64,000 nucleotides of DNA. Source: an uncultured Planctomycetota bacterium. Its GTDB lineage: Bacteria; Planctomycetota; Planctomycetia; Isosphaerales; Isosphaeraceae. Positions 33,897 through 45,098 of this stretch are shown here, piece by piece. Every line of letters starts with the position of its first letter. The stretch's first letter is position 1. The notes under the pieces are model-generated. The model saw nothing but the letters and a program-made list of their open reading frames with translations. It was not told where the DNA came from and ran no database searches. The DNA lies in the NCBI GenBank assembly GCA_963845755.1, contig CAWJTV010000005.1:256001-320000 (forward strand), given 5' to 3'. A program made the position numbers and the translations under genes.

Positions 33897-34783
33897 TTGC
33901 TATTGAGTATGACCGGCTTCGGAGAGGCGCGTCGCCAGGAATCGCGCTGGACGATCGAGGTCGAGATCCGGACGGTGAACAACCGGCACTTCAAGCTCAC
34001 TGCCAAGCTGAGTGATGAGTTCTCGGCGCTCGAGTCGGCGCTGGAGCACCTGGTTCGCGAGCAGGTGAAGCGCGGGTCAGTCCAGGCAAACGTGAGGATC
34101 GAACGACCCCGTCGAACCGGAGGACTATCGACTGAATCTCGTGGCTCTGGCCAGTTATCGCGACCAGCTTCGTGGGATGGCGTGGCCCGACTCGGAGGCG
34201 CCAAACGTCGATGTCTCGCAACTCCTGGTCTTACCAGGAGTCGTTGAGGAAGTCTGTCCGACCGGCCGAGATCCTCACCAGGAGTGGCCTGAGGTTGCTC
34301 AGGTGATCTCGCAGGCACTGAAGGCGTTGCAGGCTGCACGGGCGAAAGAAGGCCGGGCCATGGCGGCGGAGTTAATCGCGCTGGGCCGTTCCATCAGCGA
34401 TAATCTCGGCCGGATCGTCGATCGTGCACCGATGGTCGTCCAGGCCTACCAAAAGCGGCTAACGGATCGGATCCAGGCGCTGGTGCTGGACCAAGGCGTG
34501 ACCATCGAAGCCGGTGACCTCGTCCGGGAAATCGCGATCCTCGCCGATCGTTCTGATATCAGCGAGGAAATCGTTCGTCTTCGCGCGCGACTTGGCGCAG
34601 TACGTGGCGATCATCGAGGAGCCCGAGAGTTCGGGCCGGAAGCTCGAGTTCCTTTTGCAGGAGATGGGCAGGGAGATCAACACGATCGGTTCGAAGGCTA
34701 ACGACACCGAGATCAGCCGCACGGCGGTGGAGGTCAAGGCGCTCCTGGAAAAGATTCGTGAGCTCGTTCAAAATGTGGAATGA
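33897..34783 (+). CDS. yicC: YicC/YloC-family endoribonuclease; frameshifts at ~34115 and ~34588
   Basis: 'SMTGFG', 'EIRTVNNR', 'DISEEIVRL', '[21 protein letters not shown]', '[11 protein letters not shown]'. Confidence 0.9.
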
Positions 34784-35422
34784 CGATCAGAAACGCTTGG
34801 GGCCGGAACCTTCCGGGCGGTTGGTGGTGATCAGCGGCCCTGCGGGTTCGGGGAAGACGACCCTGGTCCGGCGACTGCTCGCTCGCTCCGATCTGCGTCT
34901 GACCGTGTCGGTCTCCGCGACCACTCGGAGCCCGCGCCCGGGCGAGATCCCGGGTCGCGATTATGACTTCGTTACGCCCGAGCAATTCGAGAAAATGCGA
35001 ATCCACGGGGAATTACTCGAGCATGCCTCAGTTCATGGCCACCTCTATGGCACGCCGGCCGGGCCGGTCCGCACGGCGATGGAGCGGGGCCTCTGCGTGC
35101 TCCTGGTCATCGATGTCCAGGGGGGGTTCCAGGTGCGAGAGAAGGTCCCCGACGCCCTCCTCGTCTTCATCAAGGTGCCCAGCCCCGAGGTGCTGGAGAG
35201 TCGGCTGCGAGCCCGTGGTACGGATGATGCGGCCGCCATCGGCCGCCGACTAGCCGCTGCAAGTCGAGAGTTGGAAGCGGCCGCGTCTTATAATGTTCTT
35301 GTGATCAATGATGAATTGGACCGCGCCGTCGGTGAACTTACATCGATCCTGATCCAGAACGGCTGTGGAGCGAAGGAACCGTTCTCGAATCCGGGAACGA
35401 GCGACCTCTTTGAGGGATACCC

Positions 35423-35426
<4 letters not shown>
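34773..35426 (+). CDS. gmk: Guanylate kinase
   Basis: '[11 protein letters not shown]', '[19 protein letters not shown]', 'YGTP', 'IDVQG'. Confidence 0.96.
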
Positions 35427-35695
<269 letters not shown>

Positions 35696-35918
35696 CTAGA
35701 GCCTGCCTTGCTCGCGCACGACTTCGCGGGGAAACCGCAAGCCTTCGAACTTCCAGGCCGATCAGTGGTGACTGGACGACCAGACGACCGACGTGCCTTT
35801 CCCACCGGGTTGGGGGGGAGAGGCCGGTCGTCCTCAGGCGTCCCTTCGATCTAGAAACAGACCGGCTTCATTCGACAGGGAAGTCGAACTGGTTTGCGCG
35901 GCGCGGTGAGGGGGATTC

Positions 35919-38248
35919 ATGTCCGTGCGACAGCGTGCGTTGCGATCCACTCCGCTCATCGCATTCGGGCTGGCGATCGTGTTCCTGGGATTGAGCCTGC
36001 TCGGCTATGACCCGGCGGATCCGCCGGGCCGAGGTGGCGAGCCATCCAATCATCCGCCCTCCAATCCGTGTGGCCCCGTCGGTGCCGCCCTGGCGCACGT
36101 GATGTTCACCATCCTGGGATGGTCCTGCTGGCTCATACCGCCCGCGCTGTTGGTCGTGAACCTGCTTCTACTCCGAAACCGTCCTGTGTCTGACCGGCTC
36201 AAGCAAACTGTGGGTTTTTTGCTGGTTCTTCTGGCCGCAGCGGGATCGATCCATAAGCTGGCGCCTATGCTCCAGCCTAGTCCTCCGGTCGGCAGTGGTG
36301 GCTACTTGGGTGCGCTCGTCGCGGTCTTCCTGGAGCTTTATTTCGGGATCGCTGGTTTGGTCATCATTCTGGCAGCGTCGGGCCTTTTTGGTCTGCTCCT
36401 CTGCCAGGAAGTGCTGATCGCCTGTCCCGTGAGAGAGTTACGCAGTTGGCTTCGCGGAGGGGTGGGACGCAGTAAAGCCGGCAAGTCGGAGTGTTACTCC
36501 GGCGTTGCAGCGGCGACAGGTCGGAGTGAGACTGGCCACTGGGAACATCCCATGCTCCTGGCCGATCACGTGGCACCTCCAGAGGCACGGGTTCACGCCC
36601 CGATCCCAGTTATCGGATCCGCAGCGCCTGTGGGGTCGACGTTCGCGACTGCACAGGCGATTGCCGGCCCGCGCGGGCCGGCCGTTTCGTCTCCAACGCG
36701 AGAACTCTCACACCTGGCGCCGCGCAGCCCGGTTCACTCTTTCAGCTCCCCTCTCGAGACCTGCTCGAGCCACCCGCGGCCTTCCCAATCCAGGAACATG
36801 AGGCGAAGATCCACTCCCGTGCCATGTTGCTGGAGCGGACACTCCTGGATTTCGGTTATCAGGTCCGGGTCGTGCAGATCGACACGGGGCCGGTGATCAC
36901 GCAGTTCGAAATCGAGCTCGAGGCCGGCCTGCGCGTGTCGCGGATCATGAGCCTTGCCGACGACCTGGCGATTGCCCTGGCTGTGCAGAGCGTCCGAATC
37001 GTCGCGCCGATACCTGGCAAGACGACAGTCGGCATTGAAGTACCTAATGATCACCGGCACATGGTGCGGTTGAGCGATGTCATGAGGGGTGTGGAAGGGC
37101 GATTCCAGGAATGCCGGATTCCGATGTTCCTGGGCAAGGACGCCAAGGGGCAACCGCTCGTCTTCGACCTGGCTGAGATGCCACACCTGCTGATGGCCGG
37201 CCGTACCGGCACGGGCAAGTCCGTTTGCCTCAACGCGATGATCCTCTCGATCCTGATGACCCGGCGTCCCGACGAAGTGAAGATGATCCTCATCGATCCC
37301 AAGAAGGTCGAGCTCACGCTTTACAAGCGAATCCCTCACTTGATGCATCCGGTCGTCCTCGACATGAAGAAAGCGGAATCGCTCCTGGCCTGGGCGTGCG
37401 AGAAGATGGACGAACGCTACGAGTTCCTGCGTCGGGCTGAGGTACGGAACATCCAGGACTACAACCGGCTCGGCGCGGAGGAGATCTTTGCGCGGCTGGC
37501 ACCCGAGGACGAGGCCGATCGGCAGCGGATCCCTACCTACATGCCGTATATCGTGATCGTAATCGACGAGCTGGCCGATATGCTGATGACCGCCGATAAC
37601 AGCAAGGAGCTCGAGCAGCACATTGTCAGGCTGGCCCAGCTCGCGCGGGCGGTCGGGATGCACCTGATCCTGGCGACGCAGAGACCGACGGTGGACGTGG
37701 TCACGGGATTGATCAAAGCGAATTTGCCGGCGCGGATCGCGTTCCAAGTGACCAACCGCGGCGATTCCCGCGTCGTCCTCGACGAGATGGGCGCAGAGCG
37801 GCTGCTGGGTAACGGCGACATGCTCTTCCTCATTCCCGGGACCTCGCAGATCATACGGGCCCAGGGAACGTATGTCTCGGAGAACGAGGTCAAGGGGCTC
37901 AGCAAGTATCTCGAGCGCTACCCGGTCGAGTTCAGTCGAGAGTTATTGCAGCTTCAGGTCGGCGGCGCCGCCGGCGGTAAGGAACGGGGCGCCGCGTTGA
38001 AGGAGCGCGATGAACTCTACGAGCCGGCCATCGAGATCGTCATCCGCGAGGGCCGGGGATCCTGTTCGCTGCTCCAGCGCGCATTGGGGATCGGCTACGG
38101 TCGCGCCGCCCGCCTCATCGATTTCATGGCTGAGGACGGCATCGTCGGCGAATTCAAGAGCGGCTCCGCCCGCGAGGTCCTCTACTCGTGGGAAGAATGG
38201 GAAGCTCTCAAGAACGGCGGCGCAGTCAAGGATGAAGCGGTTGTGTGA
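35919..38248 (+). CDS. ftsK: FtsK/SpoIIIE DNA translocase (N-terminal TM domain, motor, gamma domain); one frameshift in the linker (~36450-36740)
   Basis: 'NPCGPVGA.LAH', 'GPVITQFE', Walker A GRTGTGKS, Walker B IVIDELAD, 'ATQRP', gamma 'SLLQR.L.IGY.RAARLID'. Confidence 0.93.
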
Positions 38249-38322
38249 GTAAAGGATTCTTTCGAAAGACAGGTATTCTCTCCAGAAGAGAAACGTACGT
38301 CTCTACTGGGGCCGAGTCAGAG

Positions 38323-38769
38323 TCAACTTGTCGGGGCGGGACTATCCTGGTCGATTTCACATTCCTCGGGGTCGCCGGGGTAAAAGTCGAAGAACCGCTG
38401 GCCAGCGAAGTAATCAGCCATAGCCTTTCGAACAGCCCGCAATTGCTTCACAAACCGCGCATATTGCCGGATCAATCGCTTCCGTTGCTCCTCGGGCATC
38501 TCGAGGATGTCGGCATAGAACCGACGGCCTCGCGATTCGTCGTGAAAGCTCCAGAGCCGCTTGATTCGCTGGCCCGACTCCTCATCCTCGTATTCGAGCA
38601 GCCGAGCATATTGCCGCGCCTTCATTTTCTTTGCGTAGGCGATGAGTTCGGAGTCGGACTCGAAGCCGCCGACGTCCTCGATCCACGCGACGATTTCTTC
38701 GGTCGTCAGTCGTGGGCCCTTCTCGGCACAAAGTTCCCTCAGGCTGGCAACGATTTCGGCGGGTCCCAT
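38323..38769 (-). CDS. Hypothetical protein, 148 aa, helical and charged
   Basis: Plausible composition and codon usage; stands alone between ftsK and the cytochrome gene. Confidence 0.7.
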   Translation of the reverse strand: MGPAEIVASLRELCAEKGPRLTTEEIVAWIEDVGGFESDSELIAYAKKMKARQYARLLEYEDEESGQRIKRLWSFHDESRGRRFYADILEMPEEQRKRLIRQYARFVKQLRAVRKAMADYFAGQRFFDFYPGDPEECEIDQDSPAPTS

Positions 38770-38956
38770 GGCTTATGCCCTCGATCGGTCGGGTTGATGG
38801 TTTCCCATGTCCCCTCTCTATGGAAACGTCATATTCTTAATCTCGGGGATTTTAACGAAACTGTCCAGGCGTGTCGATGCACTACCGTACAATTGGTAGG
38901 ATTTTTTCGGGTCAGGGCGTCGTGCCTCCTCCCTCCCTCGAGGGACGATGGTCTCT

Positions 38957-39035
38957 GGAAAGGCTGAAGGAGGTGATCTGAAGGAAGAGCCTGAACCAGG
39001 CCGGTCTTAAGTCAGCCTCAGGCCTTCAGCCTTCC
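38957..39035. repeat. Intergenic palindrome built from heptamer-like units
   Basis: aaggctgaagg (38960-38970) / ccttcagcctt (39023-39033); internal ctgaagg repeats. Confidence 0.55.
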
Positions 39036-39142
39036 GATCCCGTTCCCCCATTCCCCATCGGGCTCGGGGCGCCTATAAAGGTAGATAGGAGGCGATTCGG
39101 AAGCGGAATCCTGTGGACCCGCACAACGATTGAGGTGGAACC

Positions 39143-40531
39143 ATGCGGTTGCGATCGATAAGAGTGGCGGGGGCTCTGGGCGGGTTCCTGATCGCGATGG
39201 CCGGCGCGTCGGAGCCCGAGGAGTCTCGGAGCATCGTGACGAATCGGTCGGCCGCCGAACGCGGTCGGATTGCATTGACCCTCACTGGCTTCCTCAAACC
39301 CGAGTGGTCCGAATCCGCTTATCGAAGCGCCGGCCGCCTCTGGGACCAACCCGCGCCCGATCCGGACCGGGACCCGGCGGCCTATGCAGCGGCGTTCCGG
39401 CACCGTTACGGATTGCATCCGGCACCGTATCCGAACGACGGCCTGCCCATGGGACTACGGCGTGGCCTCAGCCCGGACGGGACAAAGTCCGCCGGTTTTC
39501 AGATCGACTGCATGTTGTGTCACGGCGGATCAATCGGCGGCAAGAGCTATGTCGGGCTGGGCAATACGCAACTCGATCTCAAGGCTGTTCTCCACGAGTT
39601 GACGATCGCCGACGGCCGTCGCCCGCCCCCGTCCACGTTCGTCTTGAACTCGTCCCGCGGGACGAATAACGCCGGCATGGTCGCCGCGGTGCTGCTGAGC
39701 CTGCGTAATCCCGACCTCTCATCTCGAATCATCCCCGTGCCTCTGGCTGTCAACCTTCCGGAGATGGACACCCCTCCGTGGTGGCACCTCAGGCGGAAGG
39801 CGACGATGTATTACGACGGTCGCACCGATGCCCGATCGGTCCGTACCAACATGCAGTTTCTCCTGGGTGAGAAGTCGCTCGATCAACTCAAGGCCCTGGA
39901 GTCAACGTTCCGCGATGTCCAGGCCTTCCTGAATAGCCTCGAACCTCCGAAATACCCGTTCCCGATCGACGAGGACAAGGCCGCGCGCGGAAAAGTCGTC
40001 TTCGAGGAGACGTGCGTCCGCTGCCATGGCTCCTATGGTGCCGGCGGCAGGTACCCGAATAAGATCGTCCCTCTCGATGTGATCGGCACCGATCCGGCGC
40101 GGGCACAAGGGCTCTCCGATCGTCTCGTCAGCCACTACAACTCGACCTGGCTAGGTGAGGAGCACCCGGTGAACACGGAGCGCGGCGGTTACCAGGCCCC
40201 GCCGCTCGACGGCATCTGGGCCACAGCCCCGTACCTTCACAACGGCTCGGTTCCGACACTCCATGCACTCCTCCGGTCCTCGTCCCGACCTCGCCGCTTC
40301 ACCCGCCCGCCATCGACCGAGTTCGAGCATTATGACTCAATCCACGTCGGATGGAGGTTTACCGAGGTCCTGGCCGAAGCGCCAGCGTCGCCAGGACGCC
40401 GCTCCGCGTTCCAGTCTAAGTTCATCGTGGATACGGCGCGATTCGGCATGGGCAACCGCGGTCATACCTTCGGAGATCGCCTCTTGGAGGAGCAACGGAT
40501 GGACCTGATCGAGTACCTCAAGACACTCTAA
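39143..40531 (+). CDS. Exported di-heme c-type cytochrome (RoxA/MauG/CcP-like motif)
   Basis: Signal peptide; CMLCH and CVRCH; 'YQAPPLDGIWATAPYLHNGSVPTL'; 'GNRGHTFG...LIEYLKTL'. Confidence 0.85.
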   Translation: MRLRSIRVAGALGGFLIAMAGASEPEESRSIVTNRSAAERGRIALTLTGFLKPEWSESAYRSAGRLWDQPAPDPDRDPAAYAAAFRHRYGLHPAPYPNDGLPMGLRRGLSPDGTKSAGFQIDCMLCHGGSIGGKSYVGLGNTQLDLKAVLHELTIADGRRPPPSTFVLNSSRGTNNAGMVAAVLLSLRNPDLSSRIIPVPLAVNLPEMDTPPWWHLRRKATMYYDGRTDARSVRTNMQFLLGEKSLDQLKALESTFRDVQAFLNSLEPPKYPFPIDEDKAARGKVVFEETCVRCHGSYGAGGRYPNKIVPLDVIGTDPARAQGLSDRLVSHYNSTWLGEEHPVNTERGGYQAPPLDGIWATAPYLHNGSVPTLHALLRSSSRPRRFTRPPSTEFEHYDSIHVGWRFTEVLAEAPASPGRRSAFQSKFIVDTARFGMGNRGHTFGDRLLEEQRMDLIEYLKTL

Positions 40532-40538
40532 ACTCCAC

Positions 40539-41847
40539 TCAATAGCCGCGGCGTTCGGGCTTGATCTCATCGACTTCCGGCGGCGAGGTCGCTCGGAGCC
40601 GCTTAGCGACCTGCGCCGCTTGTCGAAAGGCCCGTAGGACGTTACCGCCGAGGATCTTGTGGACGTCCGCCTCAGAGTAGCCGCGACGGAGTAGCTCGTC
40701 AGTCAGACGGGGGTAGGAGGAGACGTCATCCAGGCCGATTGGCCACTGGGAGATCCCGTCGAAGTCCGAGCCGATGCCGACGTGATCGATTCCTGCGACC
40801 TTGACGATGTGATCAATATGGTCTGCAACGTCGCGGTAGGTTCCTCGCGCGAACTTGGCCTCTGCGGAATTCATCCAGACTTCCATCGCCTTCGTCCGCT
40901 CTGCACGATTGGGGTACTTGGCTAGCATCTCCCGGCGGACCGCCTGCATCTTCTTGCCTGCCTCGGGGACGATGAACCCTGAGAAGAAGTTGACCATGAC
41001 CACGCCGCCGTTCTGCTTCACGCCCTGGAGGATTTCGTCCGGGACATTGCGAGGCGACGGACAAAGTGCATAAGCGCTGGAGTGGCTTGCGATGAGAGGT
41101 GCCTGCGCAATGCGCAGTGCGTCGGACATCGTGGCAGGAGACACATGCGAAATGTCCACCAGCATACCCAGACGGTTCATTTCCTTGACCACACGCTCGC
41201 CGAACCGACTCAGGCCGTCGTTCTTGGGGTCGTCGTTGGCCGCATCGGCCCAGTCCAGCGTGGTGTTGTGCGTCAGCGTGATGTAACGCGCCCCCAGTTG
41301 ATAAAAGGCACGGAGTTGAGCCAGGCTGTTCTCGATCGCCACACCTCCCTCGATCCCGATCAGCGAGGCGATCTTGCCCGAGCGAGCGATGCGCTCGACG
41401 TCGTCGGCGGTGAATGCCATCTCGAACGCATCAGGGTAGCGCTCGACCATGCGACGGACCAAGTCGATCTGCTCGGTGACGGTGCGGGCTGGATTCGGGT
41501 GCTCGCTGGGGATGTACACCGACCAGAACTGGGCCTTGACGCCTCCCTCCCTAAGGCGTGGGATGTCGGTTTGACCGGAGTCCAGCCGGCGCGACAGGTC
41601 GAACTTCGTCAAGGAGAAGTCGCCATCCGTGCGCAGCGCGCCACGGTAGATCGTTGTGGCCGTCGAATAGCATGCCCCCGGCATGGACCTTGCGCACCCG
41701 TTCGGAAATCGGCGGTAAACGGCCCTCTCTACTCGGGTCCTCTTGACCGTAGCTTACCGCGATGCGTGACAGGGCCAGGACGGACAGGCATCCCCCGATC
41801 CAAGCGGCACGACGTACATGGCGGATCACGGCCCTATTCGAATTCAT
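40539..41847 (-). CDS. Membrane dipeptidase (peptidase M19); frameshift at ~41640
   Basis: 'FDGHNDLPW', 'QFWSVY', 'IGIEGG', 'ITLTH', 'VDISH', 'IASHS', 'GIGSDFDG'. Confidence 0.92.
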
Positions 41848-42056
41848 GGCAACACCTGTTAGTCGAGATTTCGTTCCCCGGCGGTTCTATTCTGATTCGG
41901 AACGCGCCATGGGACAATGGCGCGGCGTCGGCGATTCCATTGCTGACGGAGGTCGTGTGAGTATACACTCGATTCCAGGACGATCGATCGGGCGCCACCG
42001 CCGGAGATTCCGGATTCGCATGGAAGATAAGGACCTATCCGAGGAGAGGGTGCGAT

Positions 42057-42575
42057 ATGATCGATCAGGCTCTCTCGACCGGTCCCGACTTGACAGAGGC
42101 TTCAGGAGTGGTACGAGTGACGGGAGCATCGACGCGATCGATCGCGTCTGCCGGCGACGTGATCCCGATTGTTCCAAACCTCGTAGCGACGATCTCGACA
42201 TTTCTCTTCACGATGGCGCTTCCGTGGGGCTGCTACTGGTTGATTGCCTCGGTGATTGGTGATGATGGCTTGGCCGGCGATATCGCGTCGATGTTCATGG
42301 CGGCGACTCTGCTTGAAGACGCAGGCATCGCGCTGGCGACCGCCCTCGTGTTCCTCGTGTTCGGGATGATCCTTCAGTTCTGGCAGCACCAGAAGCCGTT
42401 CGGGAACTGGTGGCCGGTCGTGCTGGCCTTCCCGGTCTTCTGGGTGATCCTCCTACCCGAATTCCTACTCCGCCAGAGCCCTCTGGTCGTCTGGATCATC
42501 TTCGGGACGGCCATCCCCTTCGTGTTCTCCGTCCACTGGTGGGTCCTGGTGTCCGCACGCGAGGCTGCCGAGTAG
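42057..42575 (+). CDS. Hypothetical membrane protein
   Basis: GAGGAGAGG upstream of ATG; ~4 hydrophobic segments. Confidence 0.65.
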   Translation: MIDQALSTGPDLTEASGVVRVTGASTRSIASAGDVIPIVPNLVATISTFLFTMALPWGCYWLIASVIGDDGLAGDIASMFMAATLLEDAGIALATALVFLVFGMILQFWQHQKPFGNWWPVVLAFPVFWVILLPEFLLRQSPLVVWIIFGTAIPFVFSVHWWVLVSAREAAE

Positions 42576-42642
42576 CATGTCGAGGGGCGCTGGTCGAGTT
42601 CATCGAGACCGACCCGCCTGCCGAAATGAACCCGGCCAGTCG

Positions 42643-44381
42643 GGGTGGAAGACGCGGTTCGTTTTTCTGACGAGTTACGCGGCTTCCCCAGTCTTCCTGG
42701 CTTTGTAGCTGCGGAACGGGCTGCTGGGCCGCTCCTTGAGGTGGCGGTCCAGGCGGCCATCTTCGGAAAGGAAGGCCGCACGGAGTTGGAGGATCGCTTC
42801 GGCACCGGCCTCGCTCCAGAACTTCTCCGACCCCTTCACCCGGCGGTTGAATATCTTCACCGTTGACTCCACGTGGCTGGTCGTCCACGGGAGGCCCTCG
42901 CGACGATAGCGCGGATAGTCCATCCGCTCCCGGTTGTCTTCCAGGTAGCCCAGCACCCGCGCGACGATCCTCCGGGGGTCGTCGTCGGCTAGCCTTTCCA
43001 GCGGGCACCCGCACAAGGCGATCTGGGTATCACACCAGGTGCGAAGCTCCGCGATCACCCGATCGACCCGCCCGTTCCAGCAGGCCTCCGCCCAGGCCTG
43101 GAATGACTCCCAGCGGCCCTCGGTGTCGGCGACCATGACCCGGGCCGCCGTGAAGAGGTGGGCCAGGGCGTGGAGGAAGTTGACGATCGCCACGAAGGTC
43201 GGGAAAGAGCGGCGGTGCAGCCCCCAGATCCAGGCCGAGCCGTCCCCCAAGAACGCCCGGGCGGCGGCCGCGGCGAAGTTCCGCCGTCGGGCCTCGGCGG
43301 CGACCATCGGCCCGAAGCGATCGACCGGGGCGGTCGTGGCCACGTAGGTGCGCACCGATAGCTCCGGCGTACCGCGCGGCTCGGCGGCCTCGGCGACGGC
43401 CGGGATCGGCAGCACGGCGGGCTCCTGGATCTCGGGGGCCGGCGGGCCCATCGGTCCGGTCCCGCCGATGGCCCCGATGACCTTCTCGACGTAGGCCCGA
43501 TCGCGGAAACAGGCGGGCAATTCCGGCTCGGGGTCGCACTCGGAGACGACAGGGGCCATCGTCGCCAGGATCGCGATCTTGTCCTCGTGCCAGGCGGCCT
43601 GGTGGGCTCCCGGCCCCTGGCCCGCGCCGCGGATCTGGAGCCGGCCGCCATCGACCTCGACGACCGCCAGGGCTGGCCGTGTCGCGACGCGCGGCTCGAG
43701 CGTGCCGGCCTGGAAGCGGTCCACCGGCTCATCCCGCTGGGACCGCAACTGCTCGCCGAGTTCGCGGGCGATGCGGTCGAGTTGCCGGCCGCTGATGTCC
43801 ACCTCGGCCAATTCGGCGACGGCCTCGGCTGCCTCGCGGAAGGAGGGCTCGCGGGTGGCGGAACGGACGATCTTGCGGACTACCGAGGGGCTGTAGTCAT
43901 GGGACGTCAGCCGTAGCGCCGGCGCCGAGGGAAAAAAATCCCGGCGGCAGGCCGGGCAGTGGCACTGGGGCTCGGCGTAGGTGACCGCGCCGCCCCAGAA
44001 GTCGATGGCCCGCGGCTCGCGCTGTACGGCGCAAGGCCGCTGACACGTCGGGCAGGGTTGCTCGGGCCCCAGCAGCGCGGCCTTCCGCTCCAGCAGATCG
44101 GCGATGGTGCCCCGAGCGACGGCGCGGGCGGCGGTGATGGCCATCTGCTCGATGTCGTCGGCGTCGAGATCCAACTCGGGCCCGACCTCATCGTGGACGC
44201 GCCGGGCCACGACTTTCCCCCACCCTTCGGCGAGCCGCTCGACGCCGTCTCGATCCATCGATGGTGACTTCTGGAAAGGCATCGGAGGTCCCTCCTTGGA
44301 CTTCGGGTGATAGACAATCTGGGAAACTCACCTTGACAGCTTACCAGGGATCGAACGCCGCGCGAACCGCGTCTTCCACCC
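42643..44381 (-). mobile_element. Complete ISKra4-like (IS256-related) insertion sequence (1739 bp)
   Basis: Perfect 19-bp IRs gggtggaagacgcggttcg (42643-42661) / cgaaccgcgtcttccaccc (44363-44381); 9-bp target duplication ggccagtcg (42634-42642, 44382-44390). Confidence 0.93.
42675..44282 (-). CDS. ISKra4-family transposase
   Basis: CPTC...CPAC zinc ribbon, 'RRDFFP', 'VEVDGG', 'LGDGSAWIW', 'NFLHA', 'RMDYPRYRREGLP.TTSHVES.VK..NRRVKG'. Confidence 0.88.
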   Translation of the reverse strand: MPFQKSPSMDRDGVERLAEGWGKVVARRVHDEVGPELDLDADDIEQMAITAARAVARGTIADLLERKAALLGPEQPCPTCQRPCAVQREPRAIDFWGGAVTYAEPQCHCPACRRDFFPSAPALRLTSHDYSPSVVRKIVRSATREPSFREAAEAVAELAEVDISGRQLDRIARELGEQLRSQRDEPVDRFQAGTLEPRVATRPALAVVEVDGGRLQIRGAGQGPGAHQAAWHEDKIAILATMAPVVSECDPEPELPACFRDRAYVEKVIGAIGGTGPMGPPAPEIQEPAVLPIPAVAEAAEPRGTPELSVRTYVATTAPVDRFGPMVAAEARRRNFAAAAARAFLGDGSAWIWGLHRRSFPTFVAIVNFLHALAHLFTAARVMVADTEGRWESFQAWAEACWNGRVDRVIAELRTWCDTQIALCGCPLERLADDDPRRIVARVLGYLEDNRERMDYPRYRREGLPWTTSHVESTVKIFNRRVKGSEKFWSEAGAEAILQLRAAFLSEDGRLDRHLKERPSSPFRSYKARKTGEAA

Positions 44382-44542
44382 GGCCAGTCGTTCCCTTTCC
44401 AAACCCTCTGGCCAGATCGCCGTACGATGGATTAAACTACCAGGCGTCAATCCGGCGAGATGTGCCGGATGCAGGGAAAACCGGGGCTGCCCTCGGGCGG
44501 TTCCCCAGCATCTTCAAACCGAATCACGCTCCGAGGTGTCCT

Positions 44543-44669
44543 GTGCCGTTCCGTCCCCGGAAGAAGAAAACACGTCAGGCGAAGTTCCACCGCTGCTCCT
44601 GGTGCGGAGCTCAAGTCCGTCGCCGCTCGGCGCTGCAAGCGCTGCTCCGAGTTACAGAAGCGCAAGTAA
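44543..44669 (+). CDS. Small basic CxxC...CxxC microprotein (~41 aa); apparent 1-nt insertion at ~44628
   Basis: GAGGTG RBS then GTG; 'MPFRPRKKKTRQAKFHRCSWCGAQVRRRS|RCKRCSELQKRK*'. Confidence 0.55.
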
Positions 44670-44776
44670 CCTCGACGTGTTAGGATGCCGGATCCGACGA
44701 AGACGACTTCGCGATGGTCGGTCCGGCCGCCGCGCTCTTGCCAATGGGTTTCGAACAGACCGAGTGTGGCGTCTGT

Positions 44777-45098
44777 TTAATCCATGGGCCTTGGCCCGGG
44801 AGGCATGCCTGCTTGCTCTGATCGATTAATGACGCGAACTTCCAGGTCGGAGTTAACGCGGATCTGGCAAGAAAGCCGCGTATTCGGGGCGAGATCGGAC
44901 TCGCGCGAGTCGCTCCTGCTCAGCATTTCCCATTGGCGGGGCTTCACCGGCAAGAACCACGACCCGGCAGGTCGTGCACCGCGCGTTGCCACCGCAGCGA
45001 TGGAGGATGTCGATCCCGGCATCCTCGATTGCCAGGACCAACTTCTTCCCTTCCTCGACCTCAAACGCCTTCTCTCCCTCAACCGTTACGGTGGACAT
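44777..45098 (-). CDS. 2Fe-2S ferredoxin; frameshift at ~44903
   Basis: 'HRCGGNARCTTC' and 'RLSCQI' lie in two frames. Confidence 0.9.

Noticed and set aside
35919..38769. ftsK plus the orphan gene as an ICE, prophage or defence module
   Set aside because: FtsK has the chromosomal TM-plus-gamma architecture and follows gmk-rpoZ; no integrase or att site is visible.
44333..44338. Outward-facing TTGACA in the ISKra4 end as a hybrid promoter
   Set aside because: It lies ~43 bp inside the end, and no -10 hexamer sits at the proper spacing.
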